Shown: one piece after another, positions 25,001 through 38,698 of the stretch
How positions within the stretch are numbered: the stretch's first letter is position 1
Layout of the letters: each line of letters starts with the position of its first letter
Source of the DNA: Podarcis bocagei
Taxonomy: Eukaryota
Assembly (NCBI GenBank): GCA_964188305.1
Contig: OZ076886.1
Direction: 5' to 3' (one strand)
Length of the DNA: 64,000 nt
Notes under the pieces: generated by a model
What the model was told of the DNA's origin: nothing
Database searches by the model: none
Seen by the model: only the letters and a program-made list of their open reading frames with translations
Translations under genes and position numbers: made by a program

Positions 25001-25590
25001 CAGTATTTATATTGATTTTATGCCAAAAAACAACTATGTTGTGGGCTCTGGACCACAGACCAGAGCAGTTTCAAGGCTGTTCACTGCCTGGCACCAGGCT
25101 ATATGGCAGTGCTGCTGCCAGGTTTTTGGTCCACACCATCCTTGGTGAGCACCTTGACTGCTCATGTCCACCATTTGCCATGTCAGAGAGGAAACCTATG
25201 AATTTGAAGACAGTCACTTCACTAAGCAGGAGAACCACCAGAAGTGGCACTTAAAAGCAACAGAACAAAAACAGGTCTAGCTTCACAAACACTTCTAACC
25301 AGCTGCTATATACACCATATAGCAACAACCTTAATTTGTGCAAACAGATAGGCTCTGGAAATGGCCATAACTCCCTGTTACTCATAAGGAGATCATGCTT
25401 TTACAGATCTGCAGCATTCATGCTATATTTTTAACTGCCCAAAATATATTGCATGATGAGTCCCCTGGTTCCCTACCACTTCATACAACTCTATGGGGAA
25501 AGTGAAAAGCATAGAGAAAACTATATTCTTAGAAAGCCTGGTGTGCCCATATCTCCACCCCAAACAAAAATCCCCTGATTTTCAGCTTGC

Positions 25591-25721
25591 CTGAGGAATC
25601 TCATCTCTTCATCTTTCTTCTCATCCTCACTGATGATTTTTGAGGTAGTGACGCTCACTTCTACTCCATCCACAACAAATCTCCTGGTCCGTTTCAGTGT
25701 CATCTTCTGCATTTTTGCATC
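25591..25721 (-). CDS. STK10: STK10 exon 10 (GC donor)
   Basis: TAG acceptor, 131 nt, [44 protein letters not shown]. Ends CTCAG|GCAAGC in phase 2, matching the phase of exon 11. Confidence 0.93.
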
Positions 25722-26106
25722 CTATGTAATCAATCGAATGTTTATTATGGTGAACCAACCATTAAAGAAAATTACACACACACACACACATATATATCAC
25801 AGCCTAACAAGAACAAAGGTGACTAAAGTTGGGAACTAACAATCACAGGGGAACTAGGATATATTACAACATTCAGATTTATCACCACCTGCCCAATAAT
25901 GGTTTTATCAGACTCTTCAAGGAAGATAACTCAGGAAAGACTTTAAGAATCAGCTATCTCATGTAGGAGTAAATTTTGTGTCCTGACCCCTTGATAGAAT
26001 CAGTTCGTTGGAGAATGAGTTAGAGAGACATCTTGCTCAAAGGTTTGCTGAGTGAAGCCTGGTTTCCATGCTACACAAATCCCATTTGTTGAGCCCAAAT
26101 TCTTAC

Positions 26107-26691
26107 CTTAAGAGAGAGGGACCCGCTGCCTCTGTTCAGTGACAGGTCGGTAGACAAGGAGATACTGAGGTCCATGCTCTCTGAGGCAGAGGTGCTACCT
26201 GAATCAGAGTCCTGCTTGGAGCTGCCATCCTCAAACTGAGAGGAAGAACTCAAACTCCCATTGGGGAGCTTATCTTCAACCGGCGTCTCAAGGAGGCTGC
26301 TCTCTGGCCGGCTTTCCACATTGGAATCATCTTTGCTTACTGGTTCAGTGTGCTTATTTCGGTAGACAAGACTCCTGTTCTCGACTGGCTTAACGTTCTT
26401 GTTGAGTTGCAGCAACTGGGGGCTGGCGTCTGGCTTTTCTTTGGCACTGGCTTCATCTGTGTAATCCTCAATTCCAGACAAGTTTGTACTGCTGTTGTGT
26501 TTGCCTGGCTTTTCGTCGCTAGCCACTTCCTTTGAAACCTTGTTGCCCTTCCCATTTATGGCTTCAGTGACTTGCTGTAGAGGCAACATGGGTCCATTGG
26601 CCACAAGTGACAAGCCGTTTTCTGGAGACTTCTCTTTTTGCAAACTTAGCTGGCTTGGCACAGAAGAATCCCTCTTATTAGCATCAAGGGG
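26107..26691 (-). CDS. STK10: STK10 exon 9 (Ser/Pro-rich linker)
   Basis: TAG acceptor after a pyrimidine tract, GTAAG donor, 585 nt open; PLDANKRDSSVPSQLSLQKEK...SESMDLSISLSTDLSLNRGSGSLSLK. Confidence 0.9.
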
Positions 26692-27854
26692 CTAAGTAAA
26701 GAAAAGGGAAAAAGAAAGGTCATAAATTTTGACTTCGTTCTCCTTAAAAAACTTAACTGAGAAGTCAAATACCGAACATATGCATTGAGAAATGTACTGG
26801 GGTTGTTGTTGTTTTTTTTAAAAGAAACAAGACTAAAATGTCCTCTGCCTCTGAATATTTGTAGTGTAAGGAGACCATTGAAACCTTGAACTAGCAGATC
26901 TTTTGTCTTCTACTTTTAGTTTTATTTCAATAATTGATTAAAAAAATATATTATATGCTATCCTTCACCAGAGCGGAACTGGTTGCAGAGCAGTTTACAT
27001 AATTAAAAAGCTAGAAGATAAAAACACATGAATAAAACTGGCAGAAAAAACAAGTACCATCAACAAGCTCTAAAAATTTGTCATGGGTGTCGTCTCTTAG
27101 GAAACTCTGTCCCACTGGATTCTCTGGGAGCTCTTTAAGCAACAATTGAAGACTCTACTCTCTCCCTTACATCTTGGGGGTTGAGTGGAAGGAGGAGTGA
27201 AGAAGACCTGCCTGCAATTCCTGACACTGAGTCCTCAGCCTCCACAGATGAGGACCCCCTCAGGGACAGCAGTTGTGTTGCTCTTCCCACTTCTAAAGGT
27301 ACTTCCAGAATTGGGAGGGAGAAGGAAACACACAGCCACTCGTCCTCAACGCCCCCACCTCCCTTGAGGAGCCAGGCTTGCATTTCCTAACTGAAGCTTC
27401 AGTCAGAGAGGAAGCACTCCTTAACTTCTTTCTCAGGACTGGCACCAGGTGCTTGAGTTTAAGGGAACAATGGGTTGGGGTACAGGTATAGGACACAGAG
27501 CAGTGACTCTGCTCCGACAACTAGAGCTTCCATGAGAAGAGTTTTCGGTTTGTTTTCATTAATGTTGAAAACGCACCTCTCTTGGCGATTTCAACTACCC
27601 CCTTGAAACTTTGTCTATTTTCTGTCCAAGTCCTAGACAATCGAAGGAAGTCTGCAAAAACTCCAAAGTCTGGTTTGTCAGGCTCCAGGGAACGGCGTTG
27701 TGCCTGAAGCAGTTTCATCATTTTCTCCACAGAAAAGTCCCATGTAGGATAAGGAACATGCCCCCCGCATCCCTTGCCCTGGGTCAGAACAGACCTCTTT
27801 TAGATTGGAACCCTGGCATCAGCCATCAACAACATATTTAATCTTGCCAGTTGT

Positions 27855-27991
27855 NNNNNNNNNNNNNNNNNNNNNNNNNNNNNNNNNNNNNNNNNNNNNN
27901 NNNNNNNNNNNNNNNNNNNNNNNNNNNNNNNNNNNNNNNNNNNNNNNNNNNNNNNNNNNNNNNNNNNNNNNNNNNNNNNNNNNNNNNNNNN
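27855..27991. other. Assembly gap (N run) in intron 8
   Basis: Run of N. Confidence 1.
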
Positions 27992-28560
27992 TCCTATCTG
28001 CACAAGCCAAGCCCAATACCAGCCACCAGGATCCAGGGCATAGAACACATTTTTAGTACCAAGTGGCACAGGGAGATTTTCCTTGGGGCAAAGGAGGCAG
28101 TGGACAACATCTTCTCATGTGGCCGTTTTAGCCATATAGTGAGTGTTACACATGAAGAGACACATTCAGCATTAACTTAGGAGACTTCTCTCACGAGAGG
28201 AAAGCGAAGGGACTGGCTTTCTGCCCATCACATTGTTTCCAGGGCTTGTTGGCTGCTGCGTGAGGAGGAATCGCTCCCCAACCAAGGAGGCATTTTTCCT
28301 GTCCACCTGCATGAGAAACAACAAAGTGGCTCCCCACCCCCATCCCGAGAAAAACACAGTCAATGCAGAGGTCAAAGGTGGTCCTCAGTTGACTTTTCTG
28401 TATCTAGCTAGCTTTCGTTGTGAAAGCTTTTTGAAAAATATAAGCATTTTGTGTATTCCCGCAGGTGTTGGGGTTTGCCTTCCTTCTTAAAAAGATGCAT
28501 TTCCTTCATGCAGCAGGATAGATAGAAAGAATGAAAGATGACAGAAAGAACGAAACTTAC

Positions 28561-28695
28561 AGATGCACATTCTGGTGAGTCATCCTCTTCTCCTTCCTCT
28601 CTATTGTCTTCAATTTCCTCCATCACTTCAGCCTTTGCCTCAGCCACAAGCTCACGTAGGGCTCTGTTAGTAGTGACCTTGCTGACAAAAGGATG
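28561..28695 (-). CDS. STK10: STK10 exon 8 (end of kinase domain)
   Basis: AG/GT bounded, 135 nt, [45 protein letters not shown]. Confidence 0.96.
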
Positions 28696-29689
28696 CTGAA
28701 AACCAAGAACGTGTGACCATATTGGAATGAACAGTCCTGCAACCCAAGTCATGATGACTCAAAGGGGACTTCAGGGGCCACTTTCAGCTGCTCCCCCCAC
28801 CCCTGCCCGAATTCATTCATGCAAGTAGACTCATAAGCAATGTAATCTCTCATACAAGTGCTATGGGCAGTCTGCATCCTCTCTAGCTTTGAAATGCTAG
28901 ATCACAGGCAGGAAATCTCTGTATTCTTGGGAGCAAAACAGTCTCTCCAGAAAGCAATACAGGGACCAGAAGGGCATTTTGTAATGCAATTCGACCCCTG
29001 CATGTGTTGTGAGGGCTCAGCTAAGTTTGTGGCACAGTTGTGCTTAAGATAGTTGGAGAAAACAACTACCCAAGCAGAAAAAAATGCAAAGATGTAGAAT
29101 ACTTGTCTCTCACAACTGCGGGGAACAATTCTCTCTTTTCCCCTTGCAGGTGAAACTATGGGGGAAGAGTTTCAAAACACCTTGATTAAAACTGAGCAGG
29201 ATTGCAGTGAGGCAGACAAAAATCCTCATGGGTCACATCCAATCCATGGGGCAGCAATTGGCTCCCATTTGCACTATAAATATTAGCTCTAAGTCCTGGA
29301 AGACCTGCTCCCTCCCAGCCTTGCAGGTCTTTTCCCACATGACCTGGGAGGGCGAGACCCTGACTGACTCCAGCTACAAAAGCTGAGGCTGGTGAACAGA
29401 ATCTTGGCCTGGGGTATTTGTATAGGGTGGGTTTTTTTGCGGGGGGGCTGTTGCTGTTAATTTTTTTGTATCTTTATTTTGAATCTTACGATCTATGTGG
29501 AAATTGTTCGGTTTGGTTGTGCACTTTTGTTGTTTTGTTTATTGTTTATGACTACTTTTGTTATGTTTGTAGCTATGCAATTTTTTAAAAATATGTTGTA
29601 AGCTGCCTTGAGCGTGGTGTTAACTTTGGAAAGGCAGCATACAAATAAACTGATTGATTTGACTGAAAGCTGTACCGTGACACTCTGAA

Positions 29690-29958
29690 CAGTCATAGCA
29701 TCTCCCAAAGAACCGTGGGACCTGCAGTTGGTTAAGAGTCCTGAGAGTTGTTAAGAGATCCCTGTTCCCATCTCAGAGCTGCAATTTGGAGAGTAGCTAA
29801 ACATCAATCCATCTTCCCAGGGAGCTCTGTGAGGTGAGTAGTGCTCTCCTAACAACTTTCAGCACCCTTAACAAACTTCACTTCACAGGATCCTTTGGGA
29901 AAGCATGACTGCTTAAAGTGGCATGATACTGCTCTAAATGGGCTGTGCAGATGGGGCC
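29690..29958. mobile_element. Degenerate palindromic MITE-like repeat
   Basis: Imperfect inverted arms CAGTCAT..TCCCAAAGAA..GTTAAG..GAGAGTTGTTA versus TAACAACTTTC..CTTAAC..TCCTTTGGGAAAGCATGACTG. Confidence 0.5.
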
Positions 29959-31212
29959 TTCGATATTAATGTTCTTGAACATGGAAGTTGTTACAGCTTG
30001 ATAGCCATAAGCCCCCAGACCCCATTACAATGCTTACACAAGAACAGTGTTCCCATGAGCAACTCAAGCAGCTGAAAGGAGTGTGTGACCTGGTCCTTAA
30101 GAGCTCCATGTGCTCTGTACCAAGATGGCTTGCAGAAGTACAAACATACCTGACGACAGTGCAAAAACCCTCTATACAAACTAAGCAGAATAGTCTCAAA
30201 GTCTGTTGGCACATTTACCCTCGTTCAACTTTAATCTTGCTGTCATAGAGGAAAGGCACATCGCAGGCCTACATTGCGCAGGTTGTTGAGGCTGCATTGT
30301 CCTTAACACTAACCTGGGAGGAAGCACCACTGAACTCCACGAGGCTCATTTCAGAGGAGATATTCATAGGACTGCACTGTTAATGTATGACACATGTGCT
30401 CCATGAGCATCCCCAATTCCCACTTATGCTTTCTGTTCTTCCTCCTGGAGAGGAATAAACTCCAGATTTGGACCTCCATGTGCAGCGGACAAGTCACCTG
30501 TGCCATTACATGCATAGTGCAGAGATGTGTGTGCACATCTACTTCCTAGCACCACAGAAAGAGGGTCATCCAACCAAGTAAGCATGCGAACTGGCCCCAA
30601 ACTTCATTAAGAAATCGTCCCCTGGTTGACAATACAGTACTGCCAATTTCCTCTCTGTTTCATGGAGTCAATACACTCAGAACTCTTCCAACAAGCCACA
30701 TTAGATGCGGATTCCCTCTCCTCCATCTATTGATTAGACAACTTTTCCTTTTTAACCAAAGGCTCACAGTAAAGCATAACCATTTGGACAGAAATGGAAA
30801 AAATACACACAAATGCTATGCATGGTTCTAAAGTAGCCAAGGAGAATTTTCCAAAATAAAGAAGTATCTAGGAATGGTGGCTGCTGTATGAGTGTTGCTA
30901 GAAAATTACAGTCACCTTTTTTTACACTGGAGTCAAGTAAGAGGGTGGGTAGGTGGAAGCAACTGGAAGGCCCAGTAAAAGTAAGGGGCGGCTGAGCAGT
31001 CAGCACTGGCAGTCAAATTTGCACTGCTATACCTTCTAATAGTGGTATAGTTTGTGTCCAGTTAGGAGCCACAATTACAGCAGACAGGCTCAACTTTTCT
31101 ATGCATCAGCACACCAAAAACAAGTTTGCACTACGTGGGCTACCAACCTGCAAGCAGTTGCTCATGTATGTATCTATTTTATGCATTTATTGACTGGGGA
31201 TCCTGCACTTAC

Positions 31213-31294
31213 CTCCAGCAATTGTGCTGCAGTCGGACGTGTCTCGGGGTTCTTATCAAGCGCAGTCTTCAGGAAGTCATTAAATTCTGGAGAC
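31213..31294 (-). CDS. STK10: STK10 exon 7
   Basis: AG/GT bounded, 82 nt, [27 protein letters not shown] (kinase subdomain XI). Confidence 0.96.
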
Positions 31295-32494
31295 CTTTAT
31301 GCACAAAGAAACAGACAAGAGTTGGCTAGAACTTCAGAAGGGAGGAAAGGGTTCCAAGCACCCCACAGCCCACACCAATTATATTCCCAGTATTATCGCC
31401 ACAAATTATTGTTCACTTAGCCCTAATGGGTTGAAAGGAAGAGCTACTGAGACAAAGCAGCACAAACATATTAAAAACAATAACATTTTCTGAATACGCA
31501 GAAATGTTGCCTGGTTAATTACAGATTTAGCACTTCCCTTTAAAGCTCCGGAGCAACAGCTGTTCAGAAGCAAGTTACATGCTGTCACTCTATTTCTCAA
31601 TTCATGCCAAAAAGCCCAAATGTTAGCAAGCTCACATGAGGACAATTGTACGCTTGAGCTCGTGTTAATACAAAGCCTTCTGTCAGGCAAGCGATAATAA
31701 CATCATCCTGCCCCCCCCCCCGCTTTCCCATCCAATGTTGTCTTCTATGTAAAGCCAGGACAAAGAACTTGTTGGCAGTTTCTACACACGACTGCAGAAA
31801 CTGTGTCACAAGCAAGTTTATCCATGGAAGCTACCACCCAGTGATTTTCATTGAATGTGATCCTGTATAATTTGGATTGCGGAGCATAGGGAGAAAAAGC
31901 TTCAGGGCTGTTCACTCCTCTCTTTAACAACCAGAAGGTCTGGTTAGGTATTTACTCCAATGCAGCATCTATACACTTGGAGAACGCACAGAAAATACTC
32001 TAAAGGAGTGAAAGGGCAAAGATGTATAGGCCAGATGTGTGTAGAGAACTGAAAATTGGCCTGTAAGTGGTGGGAATTGGGCCAGATCCAGTTTCACACC
32101 CATGGCCGACTCTGACCAGTGGTGGCTCTCAGGTTGCAACCCAAAACATCAAGGAGGCACCAGGTTGGGGAAGACTGGTGCTATTATATGCTAAGTTTGT
32201 ATGGCACCCTTCCTCTGAAGAGCTCAGAGTGGCATACATTGGGTTATCTCCCCACATCCTCATGAAAGCACTTCATGGAAATAGGGTAGGTTGAAAAATT
32301 GGTTGTGCCTAAGGTTATTCAGTGAGCACATGGACAAGTGGGGGTTTGTATAGAAGAAATTAGTCCTTGTTATTATCATGATCTAGACAAAGGTGACCCG
32401 CAGTTGTTTGGGTAAATAGAGACCGACCGACCAACAGACAGACTCCCTCTCACACACCCAGAAGTGCAAATGCACTATAAAAAATATCTTCTCA

Positions 32495-32791
<297 letters not shown>

Positions 32792-34280
32792 TTAATCAGT
32801 TATTAGCCTAGAGTCAGTTGTAAGCATCAGAAATATGACTCTGCAGCTAGTTCTTGAATAAATTGGGGGGAAGCCTCTTCTACTGCCCTTGGCATGATCT
32901 ATCCAGAGTTAAGCACTTATAGGTCACACTGATTTTTGCAGGAGAGTTGAGCACTCGCGTAATTCTCCCATTGCAATAAATGGGACGTGGAAATGGTTAA
33001 ATCTATCAGCTAAAGACAGTATCCAGTTCACCCGCCCCCCCTCCGGCAACCACCATTCATCTCTCCATTCTCAACAGGCTGCAGCGACAGAAAACCAGCA
33101 GGCCAATGACATCTGGCCTGGATGTTGCTTTAGATGGCAAATTAATGCTCACTGATTGCATCCCCTTAGCAACATGGCTGATCTAGAGATTAAATTCCTA
33201 GAGTGAATCACTGCTCTCATACACTTGGAACTGCTTCAGAAAAAGGACATTCCACCAAATGGTAGGAAGTAAAAGAGAGGGGCAGGGAGAGAGAATGGCC
33301 TAGATTCATCAACATCTCATTCCACTTATGGGACTTGTAGCATTTTCACTGATGTCACATAGAACAATAATTAAAAGCTGCCTTTCATCTAGGTTTCCAG
33401 CCTCTTGCATATTTGCATAGATTCATATAATTGGAGAGTTGGAAGGGACCCCAAGAATCATCTAGTCCAGCCCCCAGCAATGCAGGACACGCAACATAGT
33501 TTCCCCCTTGTGCATGTTTGTTGATGTACTCTTTGTGCTCCCCTATGCTTGAAGCACTTTGTAGTGAGGAGGATGCAGGGAGGAGGCAGGCAGGGCTCAA
33601 CTCAACAGGAGGGAATCTTGGCGGGCAAAGCAGGGCATGTGCCCCTAGCCAGCCAACTGGCCGGTTCCTGCCTTCTGAGCCCAAATGTGGCAACCACTGG
33701 CCCAGCCTGTCTCCCATCAACCTCCAGGGCTAGCAGACATGTGCACTCTAATGAATCAATTCATTAAAATACACACAAAGATGTAATTGCACAGCACTGA
33801 GAGTAAAACAGAGATCCTCAACCTTCTTGAGCCCAGGGGCAGCTTTGGAAACCTAAGAAACCATTATGAGCACCACAAAATATCTGTTTTGCAGAAGAAA
33901 AACATGTCATACTCAGACACACACCATTGAAAAGAGGCAGAACACCTACAATGCTCCCCCTCCAAAAAAACAAAAACAAATGAAATGCAGGCAAAAAACA
34001 TTTCAATTTTTAAAAAAGGCTAGGAGGGGCTGGGGACCTTGGCAGGTGTCTGATGGTGCTGGGGTGCCCATAGGTGCTATTTGGGGGACCCCAGGAGTAA
34101 AACACCAAGCACACGGCATATACACATGGCCACACATTCTCTGACACACTTCCACTCGTGTGGATAGTTTACAATTCAGCCAAGAGGCAGGTAGCACCTT
34201 CATTCTTGAGCTGGAATATATATGCCCTTATTTGGTGGTAGCCTTTTCAAGCATCTTGCTAATCTGAATTCATTTACTCA

Positions 34281-34400
<120 letters not shown>

Positions 34401-35451
34401 TTACTTGTGTGCCTTAAGCAGCTCAAGCAAAGAGCTACCTTCTGTCACCAAGAGATTCTCTGAAAACAATCAACGATTATTGAAGTGGCCAGGACAATGC
34501 CTAGGCCCTAGGCTAATGTTCTGACACAGTGCAAGGGCTTATCCACACTCCCTCTTGTCTCCCTGGGAAAGGAGTGTGGGGAAACCACTCAGACTTGTGC
34601 TTTCTAGGCACGGGATAAGCAGAAGTGTGGACAAACTCTAGGAGTACTTGTAGCTGGACACATTTTTCATCAGTAGATGCAAACTGGAACGTGATTTCAA
34701 CAAACAGAGGAGTTCTAGGTGACCACAACACATGCATAATAATCACATGGTGCAAAATCCATCTCACATAGACAAAAGAGACTGTCCCAATGAGGGTCAG
34801 AAGTTTAAATACTGTACCAGATTTTTGTTAACTGTGCCCCACGAAAGCCAAGGTAATTGTATTTATTTATTTTATTCTGCCATATAAATAACAGGGGATG
34901 CTAAAGGAAGCCCTTTCATTTCCCATCAGGTTAGTGGAGCATTTTGCTTTATTTTAACAGTTAAGTAGTTGGATACCTCAGCAAAATCCTAACAAACCAT
35001 CAATTGTTTTCTCCTGCTTCCTGCTGTTGTCTGCAGTTCTATTTTGTGTTAAGGGTTATTCTTCCTCCTCTTTCTAGAAAATTTCTACTGAAAAGGTGAT
35101 GAAGTGTAGGAAACGTCACCCTGTCCTCGCTAACAAACTACCCCTCTCCAGCTTGCACAGAAAACATGCCAGTTCCTGTGGCAGACATAAATTTATACAC
35201 AATCCCATACAGAATGAAAAAAGTTGCATTTATCAGTCTCCCCTTTAAATTCTGCAGATGGTGACCCCAGATTTGTTGTTGGTTTTTTGTTTTGCTTTAA
35301 GTCTTTCTGGACTCAATACAACCTATCCCCATTCTGAAGAACATCCATTCCGGTGGGTACTATCATTCAAAGAGGCGGAACTGGCATAATTTTAGCTCAG
35401 CAACTCTGAGCAGGAGCGAAAGGGAAGGCCAAAGTATGCTAACATCCCTGT

Positions 35452-35557
35452 GTAGCTCAGTCAGTAGAGCATGAGTTTCAGCCCCACGTTGGGTGAAATA
35501 TTCCTGCATTGCAGGACTAGATGATCTTTGTGGTCATTTCCTACTCTACGATTCTGT
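35452..35557 (+). mobile_element. Deleted tRNA-head / CR1-tail SINE
   Basis: TAGCTCAGTCAGTAGAGCATGAG head and GGACTAGATGATC..CTCTACGATTCT tail; same family as 51720-51879. Confidence 0.6.
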
Positions 35558-36677
35558 AAAAACCTTCTCAGAAGGGGATCATCACAGCTAGCATCAGCAA
35601 AAGAGGCCAACTTCTGATACAGAAACTGAACTTTGCTCCCATGCCAGGAAGATCACTTCAGGCTTCTTGCAGCACATCACCATAGCAAGCAACTGCTTTC
35701 TTGATGTCCCTCTGCCTGCCTGCATCAAACTGATTTTGCATGCAGAGGATTTATGTCCACATCCAGAGTTAATCAGCACAATCCCGTTTATAAAGGAGGG
35801 TCTTTGAAAAGTGTACTGTGCAAAGTAACTTCATCACAGTTTTTAGAACCCTACGAATTCTAGGGTGAAGAGAGAAAAATATTCTAATTAAGCTGAAAAG
35901 AATAACCCTCAGCACCTCTCCATTCACAGATTTAGCTGATGTCAACACTGACTGATTCTAGGTTATAAATACGTTTCTGGAAACTCAAAGGTTTACAAAA
36001 GTACAAAAATAATAGGAACACCCTCTCTAAGGGGCATCCCTCAAGAGTCAAGACAGTCCAAAGAGGAATATGAACAGATATTAAATCATAACTGGTTATT
36101 CTGAGGGTGGGGGAAATTGAATGTAACTGAGTATTTTGAAAGACCACATTGTTAACTGATTGCAGTATAGAATTCGCAGCACTCCACACTGCAAAAATTT
36201 GTTTGAGACCAGTTAACATTGTTTCTGCTTTTTGTCATGTCTAATTCTATGCACAGTTACCTGGGAGTAAGTCTCAGTGAATGTACTGAGACTGACTTCT
36301 AAGTAAATACACTGTTTGAGATCTTCTTGAGAGAGGGTTGAAAATCCCTGCTTGGCCAGGAAGCTTACTGGGTAGCTTTCAGTAGGTCTCTGTCTCTCTG
36401 CTCAAATGACCCCTCAGGGATGCTGCAAGGCTACAACGTGGCTCCCAGCTGCTCAGAGGAAAAGGGTGGAAAGAAAACAAACCTAACAAATGATTATTCT
36501 ACAGCAGCCAAGCATGCATAATTTTCTCATGTGGTCACACAACAGCTCTTACAGTTGCTGTTTTTGAAATAACAAATAACAACAACAACAACAACAACGC
36601 TGCACCACTGTTTTCAGCCACTCATCTCACTGTGTGCAGGAAGCAGCTTTGCACCCATCTTACACAAGGGCTAACTA

Positions 36678-37133
<456 letters not shown>

Positions 37134-38649
37134 TCATAGCCCTAACACATAACCACTAGGCTGAGAGTAAAATACGACAAACATACGATATTTAATCTTG
37201 CTCTACTAGAACACAGTGAATGTAGATGAGGCGTTTCAAGACAATTGTTTCTGTTCATTAGCAATAAGCCTTTGTTTTGGACATTGGGAGAGCTGTATAT
37301 GTTTCAGTGGGTGGTTTCTCTTTCACCTACTTTGATTAGGGAAATAGTGATTTTAGGCCAGGTATGGAGACCCTGCGACCCCCCAGATTTTGCTGGACCA
37401 CATGCTAGATGGCAATGGGAGTTTGAGCCCAAGAACACCTTGGGGGGCCACTGGCTCCCCATCCCAGATGTAGGTGGACCCTGACGGAAAAAGAAAACAG
37501 GGCTGGCATTCCCTCAGAGATATGGGTAGAATTCAATGTAGTGGTAAGGAGATCATTTTTTCAGGGCAAGCATTTTTGCTCCTATGCTTCTTCCAAAGGG
37601 TGAAATTCAATTAAGTTTTACTCAGGGTATGTCCCTTAATTTCCATGTAAGACTGCTGTGAGTAAGACAGAGTTGAATGCCACTGAATAGGTTTCCCCAA
37701 AGATACCAAAAGCTGTCTAAGAGAATTTGCAGGATGCCAATCCTCTGCATCCCAACTGTCTGTGTGGTTAGCTGTGACGGGGGGAAATTCATAACAAATA
37801 CAAAATGCACACTTGGAATTCATTCACCACAGTGAGAATCAACCTCCCCCCCCCCCGCCCCCAATGACTGGTCATTAATTTAATGTCCAAGCCCTTCTTT
37901 CCTGAAAACCACAGGCTGGGAGTTTAGACTTGTGACCTCTGCACATTGCCTCCTGTAAGAGTACGTAGCTTCACCACCTGCTGCCTGGAGCATAGATGCC
38001 AGACATGATCTAGGCCTTTGAAATATAGCTCAGTTCCCCCTCCTGCTCCCCCATTTTCCTCTAAAAGCGAATCCCCAAACCTGGAGGGTACCTGTGAAAT
38101 GAGATATGCTTTGCCTGGTTAAACAGGAGACTCAGATCCTGAGAAACTGAAAGCTCCCTTTCTCCCCCTTCCAGGAAGATTGGCAAACTCACACAACCCC
38201 CTGCCATAGCTACTGTTCTTGAAAACTCAGCCAGAGCAAATCTAGGCTATGTCCCATTGCTATAAGACAGTCTTTGTGTGGGCTTGCTCTTTTAAAAGCA
38301 GTAGCTGCTGTGACCCCTTCTCCTCACATTCACCCCCAAATACTATAACACGGAGCAATCATTCCCAGTAAGTCTGGGAAAGCACAGCAGCCACATGCTT
38401 GCTTCTTGTGTTGGGTCTGAGTCAAGCCGTGGAAAATAATACCCTCCTCGATGGCAGATGTCTTCCCCCTCCCTAATCCCTCATGCGTGCACATGATCAG
38501 TTTCAGCCTGTTCACATGCATGTTTTGGACAGAAACCTAAGGCTCTGCTTTCCTGCAGGGATGGGAGTGGGAGGAACGACCAGAACACATTCAATGTGCT
38601 GAAAGACCCCAAAAGGGGCTTCATTGTTAAGATGCTTCATGTCACTTAC

Positions 38650-38698
38650 CCAGCATAGTAGCATCCACTGCTCCACCAGGGCAAAACTCGATCATGAT
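38650..38698 (-). CDS. STK10: STK10 exon 3 (hinge)
   Basis: CAG/GTAAG bounded, 49 nt, IMIEFCPGGAVDATML. Confidence 0.95.

Noticed and set aside
24696-25148. ORF spanning N run (likewise 27800-28180)
   Set aside because: Artefact of translating through assembly gaps.
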